Origin: Octopus vulgaris
Lineage: Eukaryota
Reading direction: 5' to 3'
Assembly (NCBI GenBank): GCA_951406725.2
Contig: OX597815.1
Span: forward strand, 42,718,001-42,782,000
DNA: 64,000 nucleotides
Within the stretch, counting starts at the first letter, position 1. Each line of letters starts with the position of its first letter. The notes below the pieces were generated by a model. It made no database searches. It was not told the origin of the DNA and saw only the letters and a list, made by a program, of their open reading frames with translations. Both the position numbers and the translations under genes were made by a program. Below, piece after piece: positions 51,785-64,000 of the stretch.

Positions 51785-52119
51785 TTTATGTGTGTTTGTG
51801 TGCGTTTATGTGTGTTTGTGTGCGCGTGTGTGTGTGTGTGTGTGTGCGTATGTGCGTGTGTGTGCGTATGAAACTGATAAACTAAATACAATTTGCACTA
51901 AAAACTTTCAGTTTAATTTTGATTAAAGTACCATCGTCTTCAGAACAACTTTTTGGATGCTGTCCGTCCTCTTTACCGCCTCTGACTGTCACTCACTTCC
52001 ACTCCACTTGTTTTTTTTACCATGTTTTATCTAGCGTGGCCGACAGTTCACACATTACACTTTATTATATGTAAGATGTAACGCTATGCACTCATCTTCT
52101 CATTGTCAGTCCATATAGC

Positions 52120-52346
52120 TATTTCTTTATTACCCACAAGGGACTAAACATAGAGGGGACAAACAAGGACTGTCATAGGTATTAAGTCGATTACATCGAC
52201 CCCAGTGCGTAACTGGTACTTAATTTATCGACCCCGAAAGGATGAAAGGCAAAGTCGACCTCGGCGGAATTTGAACTCAGAACGCAACGGCAGACGAAAT
52301 ACCGCTAACCATTTCACCCGGCGTGCTAACGTTTCTGCCAGCTCGT
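52120..52346 (-). mobile_element. SINE family A with probable target-site duplication
   Basis: Reverse complement of the family A unit; gtcagtcca(t)atagc on both sides. Confidence 0.9.
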
Positions 52347-52847
52347 CAGTCCAATAGCACGAATTTTGGCGCAACGTCTCTTTATTTATTTTTTCTCTTC
52401 CTCTCCCTTTTTTCCTTTCTCAGCCCCTCTCTGCTCTCCACTACTTTTCTCTCTCTCTCACTCTCCCTGCTCCCACTACCATGTGACCTGTGACCATTCC
52501 CATTTCTCTTCCCAACTTCCATTATTCGCTTGACCGCTGACTTTCTCAGTCACGCTTCTCTTAGGCTCTTGCTTTGTCCTTTATTTTCAACGTCGAGTTG
52601 GTTTTTATTTTCATCGTTCTATCAAACTTTACATCACTTCACTTTCGTATAAGGACATCACTTTCGTATAGGACAACACTTTCTGTTACGTTACTTATAC
52701 CAGCATTTTGATCTATCTCAGAGCCGTACGTCCTTTATTTTGTTTCTATATTGCATATTCTGTTTTGTTTACGTATTTACATTTATATTCGAGCCCACTA
52801 CGGTTTCGCTCTCTTCTGCATCTTCATTATACCTAATTGGGAGCCCC

Positions 52848-52848
<1 letters not shown>

Positions 52849-52878
<30 letters not shown>

Positions 52879-53118
52879 CTTCTTCTTCTTCTTCTTCTTC
52901 TTCTTCTTCTCTTCTTCTTCTTCTTCTTCTTCTTCTTCTTCTTCTTCTTCTTCTTCTTCTTCTTCTTCTTCTTCTTCTTCTTCTTCTTCTTCTTCTTTTT
53001 CTCCTCCTCCTCCTCCTCCTCCTCCTTCTTCTTCTCCTCCTCCTCCTTCTTCTTCTTCTCCTCCTCCTCCTTCTTCTTCTTCTCCTCCTCCTCCTCCTCC
53101 TCCTCCTCCTTCTTTTTC
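52849..53118. repeat. (CTT)n/(CCT)n pure-pyrimidine tract
   Basis: Direct reading; about 270 nt of only C/T on the + strand. Confidence 0.95.
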
Positions 53119-55212
53119 TAAATCTTCCTTCAATAATTTTACTACTACTACTACTACTACTACTCTCTGTCTGCCTGCCTGTCTGTCTGCCTCTCTGTCT
53201 GTCTGTCTGTCTGTCTGTCTATCAATCTATGTATCTCTCTATGACTTGATACATAGCAATTCCCATATACAGTTGATGTTCAACTTCAACTTCTTATGGC
53301 TTTCTGGAAAGAGCTGGAAATGAAAGATGAAGAAAGGAGGGAAGGAAGTATAGTTGAATATCTAGTAGGGAATAATATGTGGAGCAAAGGCAAGCCTTTT
53401 AAATGAAATCAGATGAAGGCAATCGACAGCTTGTATTACTCAAAGGATAGCAGTAGAAGAGGCGGAGAATGACCTCATCTTTTTAATGAACAAGTGGAAT
53501 TATCTTCTTGAGGCCCATCGGGTTGACAATCCTTTAGATTATACCTTTCTTTGGTGCGATCTAGAATCGTTGCATGCTTAGCAGTTGCCCTCTCTCTGCT
53601 ATTTTGTTTTTACATTGACGCTTCAGAAAAGGTGAAAAGCTGTTTAGAGCTGAAATATTTTCGTGCGATAACGAGGTATCTTACTCTATGAAATTCTGTA
53701 TTGTGAATCTTATGAAAGTGAGGTCATCATAAGAGATAATCAGAATTTACGAGATTTAATAAAATGTGTGCAGATTTGAGTATGGAGGTCGTAGTGTTAG
53801 GTATTGATTCAGTCGTGTAATTGCTGAAATTTGTGCTAATGAATTAAGATAGACTATAGTATTACTTTTGCTGTGCGTAGATTTCATGTGGATGAAGCCT
53901 AAGAACAAAATGCTTGCAAGTAAAGGAGAGTGGCAGGAAGAAGTAGTTTTCTTGGTTATTAACATCGAGAAGATAATTGATATATGCAACAAAGAATGAA
54001 TACATATACGAACTCTGAGATATGATGAATCCGATAGAATCTGAATCAGTGATCCCAACTGACATGCAGTGTAAAGAATTGTCTGATAGAAAACTTCCGA
54101 TTCAAAGAGTGAAAGTTAGGTAGAAGGTAATTTTGTTATGATATTTTCGTATCGAACGTTTTACTGGAGTCGAGAGCAACAATATCTCTTTCGCCGAAGT
54201 TTCTAAAGGATGACAGATATAACAGATGACAGATATAACATGTCTTATCTCATAAATATGATTTTATTGAAACCATACAGAAGGTTATTGACGAAGGTAA
54301 GAGACTCTGCATTGTAGGAAGTGAACATTTACAACTGCTTCCGTTACATTTAACGAGACGTAAGAACGACAAACCAGGAGTTGACAAGATATCGTGTTAC
54401 AGAATGGGGAATTGGATTTCTAACCTTAATGCGATTCTTAACATTTTTTTTTTTTTGAAAATTTAACGAATGAAACAGGAATATATTTCCAGATATTCTT
54501 TTATCGAAAAAACAAACTTTCTGGAAGCTACCTGAGCATCGGTTTCAACTTAAACTAATGGAAAAAATTGAAAAGAAACTCTTTGTGTTTGTTGTATTTG
54601 TAGTTGTAGAGATATAAATTTGGTATCAGGGGAAAAGTGTGACAATTAATTGTAGAATAACGAAAAACTAAGTGTATATAAATATTGAATACCTGTCAAT
54701 AAAAGAATGTGTGAAGAAACAACATTGTTTTTTCAATTTTAACCAGTTAATTATGATTTCTTTTTTAATGGAACAGAACTAAAAGACGTAGAAGGAGAGT
54801 ATAGCATACTGAATTACGTGACTATTGCTAATTTTATTGAAGCTGGAATAGATATGATTCATAGATAGATATGATTATGAGACTTGAAATCGCAACAAAT
54901 ACAGATGAAAATAAATATTCTAATGCATTTAGTCCTGGTTCTATTTAGAGAACTAATTCTGTGGTATTAGAAACTATTGCAAGTCTAATTCAAGAATATT
55001 GTAGAAAAGTTTACGGAAGGCAAAATATGAAAATCCCTAATGATTTAATAAAATCAAAATATATGAATAAATAAAATGAAAAGGAAATAAAAACAATAAC
55101 AGACAAAGCTAGAAAAGAATTAATTTACATCAAGTCCCCTTATCCAAGCTAATAACAGACTAGATTCGAATACGATAGACAGACATTCTATCTCATTATG
55201 AAATCTTTGAAT

Positions 55213-55428
55213 AAGGCAGCAAGCTGGCTGAATCGTTAACACGCCGGGTAAAATGCTTAGCGGCATTTCATCAGTCTTTATTTTCTGAGTTCAAATTCCG
55301 CTGAGGTTGACTTTGTCTTTCGTCTTATCACGGTCAATAAAATAAGTACCAGTTGAGCACTGAGGGACGATGTAATCGATCTATTTCTCCCACGAAATTA
55401 CTGGCCTTGTGCGAAAGCTTGAAAGCAT
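55213..55428 (+). mobile_element. SINE family A (diverged), followed by an older copy to about 55660
   Basis: aaggcagcaagctggctgaatcgttaacacgccggg...gagttcaaattccgc. Confidence 0.8.
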
Positions 55429-56634
55429 TTATTAAATCTGTGACTGGACGGTGTATGGGCAGAGTCGTTTGAGTATGGGACAAAATACTTTGTGATATTT
55501 GATCAACCACTTTATTGACTTAGTTCAAATCCCACCGAGTGTGAGTTTGCCTTTTATCTTTACAGCGTTGAGAAAATAAGTAACCAGTCAATTATTGCGT
55601 TCATTCTAACAAGCTATTTCCGACCTGTCAACTGATGGGCTTGTGTTTATAGTAGAAACAATTAGTCTCTGACTGGTATGAAGTTGTAAAGAGAGCCCAC
55701 ACTAAATGTTGTGAAATATGTAGTTTCGTCTCTCTCTGATATGAGTCTAGCTGGAACTGGGGCTTATTAAAAAAATCGGTTATTGCATTTTCACTGCATT
55801 TTGCACTGTAATGCCGCCAGCGTCTGCTGATATTAATAATCAAATATAGTCATAAGAATTCGACGGATGTTGCGTCTGTGTCAACAGGAGTCAATGAAAT
55901 AATTTTTCAGTAAAGGTTCTGCTTGAAACCTTAGGTGCTTCCTTTTACACAGCATGCTAAATAAATTCTTCTGCTTCCATTAATTATATATTACTTCCAC
56001 TGGGTATAGCTATGAGCATTTACGGTATCTACTTAGAGCTGGGTCGACTGAGTTGATGAAACCTGAATAAACTGGAATAAACAGTGAAAAGCTGAAGACA
56101 TACAAATTATCAGCATTTTCTTTGTTCAGTGGGCGGAAACCTTATCATATCACTGATATGATTCTAACCGATAGCATAAAACTTAAATATGACAACGAAA
56201 CTAGATAGATGCTCGAAAGAAACAGAAAAAATCTCAGAAAAAAAATTAAAAATCATAAAATAATATAAAAAAGGAGGAAGTCAGGAAGTAGAAAATGAAA
56301 TAACCTAGCTAGTGGTTAAAGAAGATCGTAACGTAAGAGATAAAAGATTAAATAGGAAGAAAAAACATGGCGAATATTTTTTTCCATTTTTGAAATGTGC
56401 AGTGAAAACAAATTAATGATTTCTATGTAATTACAATGTTTAATTACAGAAGAAGAGAAAGTATAATGCATAATGACAATATTGATTTCTAAAACCTAAA
56501 AGCTTGTTAAATATAGGAGCTTGAATATATACTAAAGTGAAATGACGCAGAGATTAGTGCTTGACATATGTGTGTGTGCATGTTTGCGTGAGCGTGTGTT
56601 TGTGTGTGTATATATATATGTATGTATATATATA

Positions 56635-56656
56635 TCTATATCTATATCTATATCTG

Positions 56657-56731
<75 letters not shown>

Positions 56732-56830
56732 GTATGTATGTATGTATGTATGTATGTATGTATGTATGTATGTATGTATGTATGTATGTATGTATGTATG
56801 TATGTATGTATGTATGTATGTTTGTATGTA
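56635..56830. repeat. Compound (TATC)n(TATG)n microsatellite
   Basis: Direct reading; a reverse-complement analogue lies at about 36690-36840. Confidence 0.95.
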
Positions 56831-57800
56831 TGTGCGTGTGTGTGAATGTGTGTGTGTGTAAGTGAAATTTTATGATAGAGGAAATCGGGACACACAATTT
56901 TGAATATTGACAGGATATGTTTATTGTACTGTACAAATCAGTGAAAGAAAAATTCAGTAGTGTCTAATATGGACAGTATTAAGTTACTTATCACAATATT
57001 GAAATGATGACCCATATGTGTAAAATGTTTGATTATATAGGCGTTTGACATGACAGTTACAGAACTTTAATCTGATCTGGTCAATAAGTGATTCATAGAA
57101 TTCATATCATATTGTACAATACATTTGATATCAATAAGATACAGACATTTTTGTTAATTGAAAACTTTTAGGTTCGTATGAACAAACCTAAAAATACACA
57201 AAACATTCTTTAGTCTCAAAACATCTAATATACAACAGCATACATCCAGAGATTAAATACCTCTTATAAGCTTTATAAGTCGATTTTTTTCAAGAAGCTA
57301 AACTTCTGCCATTGATTGCCTAGCAAGTTAATTAACCTATCTAGAATCAAGCAATTTCCCTTATGGTATAACTGGATGCTGTAGGAGCAGTGAATTAGAA
57401 AAAAAAAAACAGTAGAGTATTGGAGAATATACCTGCGGTACATAATTATGACTCTTTACATTCATTCTAAATTCAAATCCCATCATTGTCTAATTTGTCC
57501 TTGATATATAAAGTGTCAATAGAAAAGTGATATAGATTCATCAACTGGCTCCTTCTCCCAAAATATATGTTGTCTTGTATCTGTGAGTAAATGTATGTAT
57601 GGCATTATTCAGTTTCATTTCAAGATTTCTTGCTAATAGAGAAAAATCCAGTTTGGATCTAGATCCAACGCTACTTCATTGGAATTTCAACAAAATCAAC
57701 AAGGTATTTTTGCATGCCTGTATGTATATGTGCAGTATTTGGAGTCAGTACATGTGCTGATTTATACGCTTTTATGTATGGATACACTTATGCGCATGTA

Positions 57801-58602
57801 CAGGGTGCGATGGGTAAATTTTATATTTTATATTTTTAATTTCGTACATGTGCATTGTTTATTTTTGATTTTGTTGACTACACAGTATAGAAAGATGAGA
57901 TGGACAAGTCTGTGAGAAAAACAGCACCATGGCGCAATTCATTCTGCTAGCAATTTGGAAACGGCATTCTGTACTGATTGGCATTCGCGCCGGAAGCTCC
58001 AATACTAACATTTCAGAGTGTTTGGGTGTCAATCTGAGGTCAGTGCTATCTCAAGATATGTACCGAGAGTGATAAAAATCAAACATTCAGTGATCACTAG
58101 TGATGGTGACGTTATGCATCCATTCATATCCCCACACGGCCTCAAACTCAACACGGAGGCCTACATCAAGTGCTTGGAGGAGGTAGTGCTGCCCTTGATC
58201 AAGAGGGTGGCTGCTAGAAGACCATATATCTGGCAACAAGACTCTGCATCATGCCACACAAGCAAGAGAACCCAGTCATGGCTGTCAGACGATTTCTGCG
58301 ACCACATCACTCCTAACATCTGACCTCTTAACTCCCCAGACTGCAACCCCCTTGATTATTATGTTTGGGGCACAGTTGACCAACAAAACTCCTTGTAACA
58401 CCAAAGATGAAATGAAAGCAAGGATTATGGCAGCATTCGCCAACTTAAACAAGTTGAAGCCAATGGCGATTTTATTGAATAAATTTACTCTTTAGTATTT
58501 CAAAATATTTTTATCTAATTTTAGTTAACATAACTGCTTAAAGATGTCAGTGTTATTTTCATTTTTGCGTAATTTTGACGACAGTTTATTCACCGTACCC
58601 TG
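57801..58602 (+). mobile_element. Internally deleted Tc1/mariner-superfamily element, DD37D (maT) type
   Basis: Imperfect terminal inverted repeats cagggtgcgatgggtaaatt / agtttattcaccgtaccctg, with TA on both sides. WQQDSASCH...(stop for W)PLNSPDCNPLDYYVWG has 37 residues between the second and third catalytic Asp. Confidence 0.85.
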
Positions 58603-59565
58603 TAGATATAATCACCAGTCTGCATCAAATCTAAGGGCCATCAAGCATAAAGAAGGCATATATGTAATCTTTATTAATCAGTCTAAATCCTTTGGCTTAC
58701 CCAACTGATAGCTGTTTCAAGGCTTGGAGTGTTGTATTAAATTATATGAGCCGTCATTACTTTCTAGAATTTCGCCAGTTACAGTTGTTAGGTTTGGATT
58801 GTTTAGCAACAAAATCGATATCCGTTTCCGATTCAACCATGTCCAATTTAACCCTTATAGATTTATATCAAATTTCCGCATCATTAAAGTAATGACTATT
58901 CGTATACAGTTTGTTAATAACTCTGCCTTTGAGCATAGATTTTCAGATATAGATTTGTAGTCACACAATATGCCATTGATCACGGCTAAATATCTTTATC
59001 GTTTTTGTCAGCATTCACCAGATAGGGTTTGGTGGAATATTAATCAGCTCACTACTGTATAAACGAAACAAGGTTAAAAAAAGCAAAAAATGTTTAAGAT
59101 TACACAAACCCCGGCTACCGCATAGAAAGCAGCATTTTTGACGATTAAATGTTGGCATATAGAATAAAATTTTAGAGTCTACATATTTAATAAAGGGTCC
59201 ATCAAAATTCCAATTAAATATGGTTACGCTGTGAGAAAAGGCAATTTTAGCAAATTATTTCAATTATTTCAATTATTTCGGTCACTACGAGAGATAGTTC
59301 CTAATTTGTTGAAGTGTTATGTCCTGGTCAGTTTCTCGTCGGCAGAATAGTCATGATGTGATAACTCTCCTTATAATATAATGCAGCAGCACTTTTAATA
59401 TTTCTGCAGGAGTTGGTAGGCTGGAATTAGAAGAATTAGAAGCAGGAATTAGAATTCTTAGCAACACTCATATGTTCTGCCTACTTCATAGGAGAATGAT
59501 ACGAGAAACATATTTAACCTTACCTTATGCAAAGCGGACAAGACAACAGTCTCTTATAAAAGACA

Positions 59566-59866
59566 AAGGCCTGGTTGTGTGGTAACAAGCTTGCTTCCCA
59601 ATCACATGGATGCCGGTTCAGTCCCACTATATGACATCTTGGCGAGTGTCTTCTACTATAGCCCCGCCCGACTTATCCCACACCATCGCTTAACAACTGG
59701 TGTTGGTGTGTTTACGTCTCCGAAACCTAGCGGTTCGCCAATGGATAATGATAGAATAAGAACCAGGTTTTAAAAAGAAAAAGGTACTGGGGTCGATTCA
59801 TTCAACTAAAATTTCAAAGTGGTGCCACAGTATGGCTGCAGTCTAATGACTGAAACAAGTAAAAGA
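59566..59866 (+). mobile_element. SINE family B (internally shortened)
   Basis: tgtgtggtaacaagcttgcttccc...ggttcagtccc...gcggttcgc...atgactgaaacaagtaaaag. Confidence 0.8.
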
Positions 59867-60667
59867 TATAAGATATATCGTAGATTCCGATTTTGTGAGT
59901 TTGCGATATCTGCAACATTCTAGCTAGACTTATATTTCTATTGTCTCAGGGTCTTTAAACATCATTTCAATACATTTAAACATGAAATGAATTTATACAT
60001 AAATGAACATTTTCAAAATTATTTTAGTTGTGTAGCGAATTTATTAAATACGTGAATTTTCATAATTATTTGTGCCTATTTTTGTTAGTGATGTATTTGT
60101 TTATTTCAAGACGGCCCTAATCAAACATTGAAAACATGAAAATCTTATCGCTACCAGGAATAGATCAATCTTGGATTACATTATCTAACATTTCCTTGTT
60201 AGTACTTTAGGATGTGGTTTAAGAGGGATTTAGTTGCTATTATTACCAAGTCGAGTGAAAAGGTGGAGTCGTAATTACTGTCTTGGAGAGAAGAATAATG
60301 ATTCGTGGGACGATGAATTAAGCAGAAATTAAATGGGAAAGTTTATGGTGTATGCATAAACTCACCCGATGGTCAGAGTCCCGCCAGTTCTATAACTATT
60401 CTAGACCGTAAATGTGCTTCCTCCTGGGTATTCAGAAACAGCTAGCTTTCCTTCTTTCCCAACTGCTGCTGATAATCTGAACCCGGCAAGCACTCCATCA
60501 TTCGCTAGTTGCAAATGGAGGTACTAACTGGCCTTTCCTTCCAAAGCTCACACACACCCATTGAATTGTAAATTTAGAACTACTGTGGATACTGATTGGC
60601 TCCCGAACTGGAAATGCATACATACAAGCGCTATTGTATATTAACATAAAATAGTTGTAAATATTAG

Positions 60668-60865
60668 TTTCAAGTTTTAGCACAAGATCAGCTAGTTCAG
60701 GGAAGGCTATAAGTCGATTACATCGACGCCAGTGCTTAACTGATACTTATTTTATGAAAAGGAAAGTCGACCTTTGCGGAATTTGAACCCAGAACGTAAG
60801 AACGGACGAAAAGCTGCTAAGTATTTTGCTCGGTGTGCTAACTATTCTGCCAGTTCGCTACCTTA
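60668..60865 (-). mobile_element. SINE family A (diverged)
   Basis: aagtcgattacatcgac...gcggaatttgaacccagaacg...ttctgccagttcgctacctt. Confidence 0.8.
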
Positions 60866-61678
60866 ATATTAAAAATAAATACTAAGGCTCTACGGTTAAC
60901 CTCGTGGAACAACGCTTTTCTATGCATACGCACTTTTACTCCAAAACAAGTATTAGGCTTTCTACTTCATTAGATGAATGCATTCACAACTTAGTTGACA
61001 ATAAGATTAGTTATGAATTAAAATCATCGGTGCTGTAACAAGCCATACCGTTACTGGTAGATGTCAACGCAGGTTAAGTACGAAAGAGGAGTTGAAGAGT
61101 ATATAAGCTAATAATAGCCACTTTTTTTAATAAACGTAGTGAATGATGCATTAGTTGCACACACTTGAAGAGTAGAGCTTTCCGAAGTTGCCCGTCTAGC
61201 AACAGCCTGAACCATGAGGAGGTACGCAGTCGGCCTTACAACAGAAAAGGATAATAGCCACGCTATCCTCATGGTTTTCGTACATTTAGTATGATTTAGA
61301 AAATCTCTCTACATGAATACTCCTGTTTTTATAACTCTGTACAAACCCTGTCCTCATCTTATCCACCTATGTATATATTCCTACTGTGTTTGTATCAGCA
61401 ACATGTTTATTGAGTATCGGATTTAATAATACTATGAGCAATGGTTTAGGCGATAATGGATAACTTAATGTTCCCATCAGTTTGGAAATCATCCGATCAA
61501 AGGAGTACAGTACCCAGGCACTGATTACCTGGGTCACTCATAATAATACAGCACTGCATAACGACGTACATACGTTGATATATATATATACACACACACA
61601 TACATATACGTATACATACGTATATATATATACATGTGTATATGTATGTATATATAGGTATGTATAGATATATATATT

Positions 61679-61757
<79 letters not shown>

Positions 61758-62591
61758 ATATATGTATGTAAGTATGTATGTATACAGTCTTTGAAAATAC
61801 GTCAAATGGCGTAGAATACGGAACCGATCAGTGTTTAAATCAAATCAAATTTCAAAAATCCAATGTCTCAATAATGGAATACTTAATCTAGCTGCACAGG
61901 AGTTGGCTGTAGAAAACGTAGAAAATGCACTGATCAGACCACTGACAATAACGATAAAATAAAAGACCGACAAGCAGATGTTTATGGCATCAAAGAATTT
62001 ATAACGATAAGTACACAAATATAAATATAATTAATCAAAAGAAGGAAGCTAATCCATGACAGTTCTTCACAGATATCTAGATATCTAGAGGTTATATAAG
62101 CAAAAACACAATTGAGAAGAAAGAAGAAAGCCCATGGCTATCCTTTACATCTACTTCAGAGATAACTACTGGTTATCTATTTGTGAAGGTCTGTGAATGT
62201 GCGTATGAAGGTCACTCTGATATAAAGCCAGATATGCAGGTAGTGGCATTGCGCATTTGGGGTATCTTTTGCTTGCGCTTGAGATTATGGCGATACAATA
62301 TCCCTGAACCTGCGATCGACATTGACCCGAAATATTTCTGGATCATGTCGATAGGGTGGACACGGCCTGGGAAGTGTTATGCAAAACTTACTGGATATAA
62401 ACATTTTGTACAAATATTACTTTGTCAATGATGATCATAGTCGTGTACAAGTTGACAGGCATCATATGCATATATAATTATATATACATATATATGTACA
62501 TACACGCGCACACGCCACGCACAGACACACACACACACGTGCGCGCGCGTATTATACAGAGATGCACATATGTACGCATATACATACATAC

Positions 62592-62653
<62 letters not shown>

Positions 62654-63192
62654 GTCAAATGTGGGCATGATCCGAAAAGTATGAGTGGGCAGTTTTTAAA
62701 TGTGTGCGTAAGTGCGGGCATAAGAATGCACATATATATATAGACGTTTTTACTTATTATTAAAAAATTTTTTTTTTTGGGGGGGGGGGGGACATATGTA
62801 TATTCAATTTTTGTATATGCGTGTGTATGTATGCGTATATAAATATGTGCGGGTATGTACATATATGGGCGTGTGTGTGTATGAGTGCATAGGGGCTTAT
62901 CCGTATATGTACGTGGTTTTTATGGTTTGTATTCTTCCTTATTATATTTTTTCTGTTATCTTAAGCCATGGTTTTTCTTGTGTTTGTGCGTATATAGACG
63001 TATGTATGAACTTTTACGGTACGCATGTGTGTGAGTATGAGGTTGTATATATATATGCGTATATATTTGGCGAAAAATGCGAGTGAAGATGTGTACGTTT
63101 TCATAGTGACGTATAAGTACGCACGTGGGTTCGCGAGCAGAATTATAATACAGTAATTTCCCTTTATATAACGGTATTTTTCATACCGTTTT

Positions 63193-63364
63193 TCAGATAG
63201 CCAGATAACCGAAGAGATGGTGTTGTGGATTTCCACTTCGGCATCTGAAACTCAGAGTTTTATCTTGACTATTGAGTAATGTAACATATTATTTTATAGA
63301 TAAATTTCCTCTATTTACATAATATTGAGGTCTCTTTCTTTCTTTTGTTATCTTACCGTTTTTA

Positions 63365-63370
<6 letters not shown>
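63193..63370 (+). mobile_element. Second copy of the short hammerhead-like insert seen at 12478-12655
   Basis: Colinear diverged reverse complement of 12478-12655; also ends in (TA)n. Confidence 0.65.
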
Positions 63371-63410
<40 letters not shown>

Positions 63411-64000
63411 AAGTGCACTAGTGTAGTACCAGCAATGCTAAAAATAAGAGTAAAACGACCCAAATCCACAGTAATACCTTATATGTATATATATGTATAT
63501 ATGTACTGTGTATATAAAATAGGAGAGAAAGATAATTGAATTCACGAGACTTCATTATTCCCTACAATCATTTCGACCCGTCGACCCATCGTACACCTGT
63601 GCCTCGCGGTTGAGATGCTGTACAAACAGTTGTGGTGCATCTACGGACACGAATGAACTCATGAAGTAAATGCAGCGGCATTTATGTCCATGCTGTTCAT
63701 GACATCATATAACCGAATACAGTGAACGGACTTTAATGTTCTAAAGATTTGGTCACTCATGACAATGTCAGTACTTAGTTTATCAATATCTGTTTAATGA
63801 TATGAAGTATATTTGCCATCAAAATATGGCTAACCACTAAGGGTGGATGTTACTATAGCGTGTAGCCCCAGGAGAACATCTTCTCCAGCTGGCTATTGAC
63901 ACACTTTCTGTGCCCTATCGGTATTTGCAAAGGGAGGTCATCCTTCCCTTGTCAACCTAAGTGATACGCACGGACTGCAGTTTCTGGGTATTGACCCGTC

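Noticed and set aside
52740-53323. ORFs of 94-190 aa with poly-S/L/F/P/E/K
   Set aside because: Stop-free translations of the (CTT)n/(CCT)n tract; no domain or splice support.

Overview
Eukaryotic, AT-rich, repeat-saturated DNA. The SINE types and the density of (TA)n/(CA)n/(TTA)n microsatellites suggest an octopus (coleoid cephalopod) genome; this is an inference. Only one host coding exon is supported: the terminal exon of a RASD/Rhes-family small GTPase (24669-25216, +, CaaX CLIQ). I could not find its upstream exon in the window. The rest is three tRNA-derived SINE families, several decayed R4/Dong-type (RT + CCHC + RLE) LINEs in (TAA)n tracts, decayed Penelope-like elements, a hAT transposase relic, a DD37D maT element, a Helitron-like non-autonomous element and microsatellites. 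Nearly all other ORFs in the track are microsatellite or antisense artefacts. The most notable signal is a set of type I hammerhead-ribozyme-like motifs with palindromic stem III in short Penelope-type inserts next to TA tracts. One of them (1396-1449, minus strand) is structurally complete, with a compensatory U3-A8 core pair. Also notable are a perfect 96-bp-arm palindrome and a tandem E-box pair downstream of the RASD-like gene. Everything was read by eye; no alignments or searches were run, and repeat boundaries are approximate.
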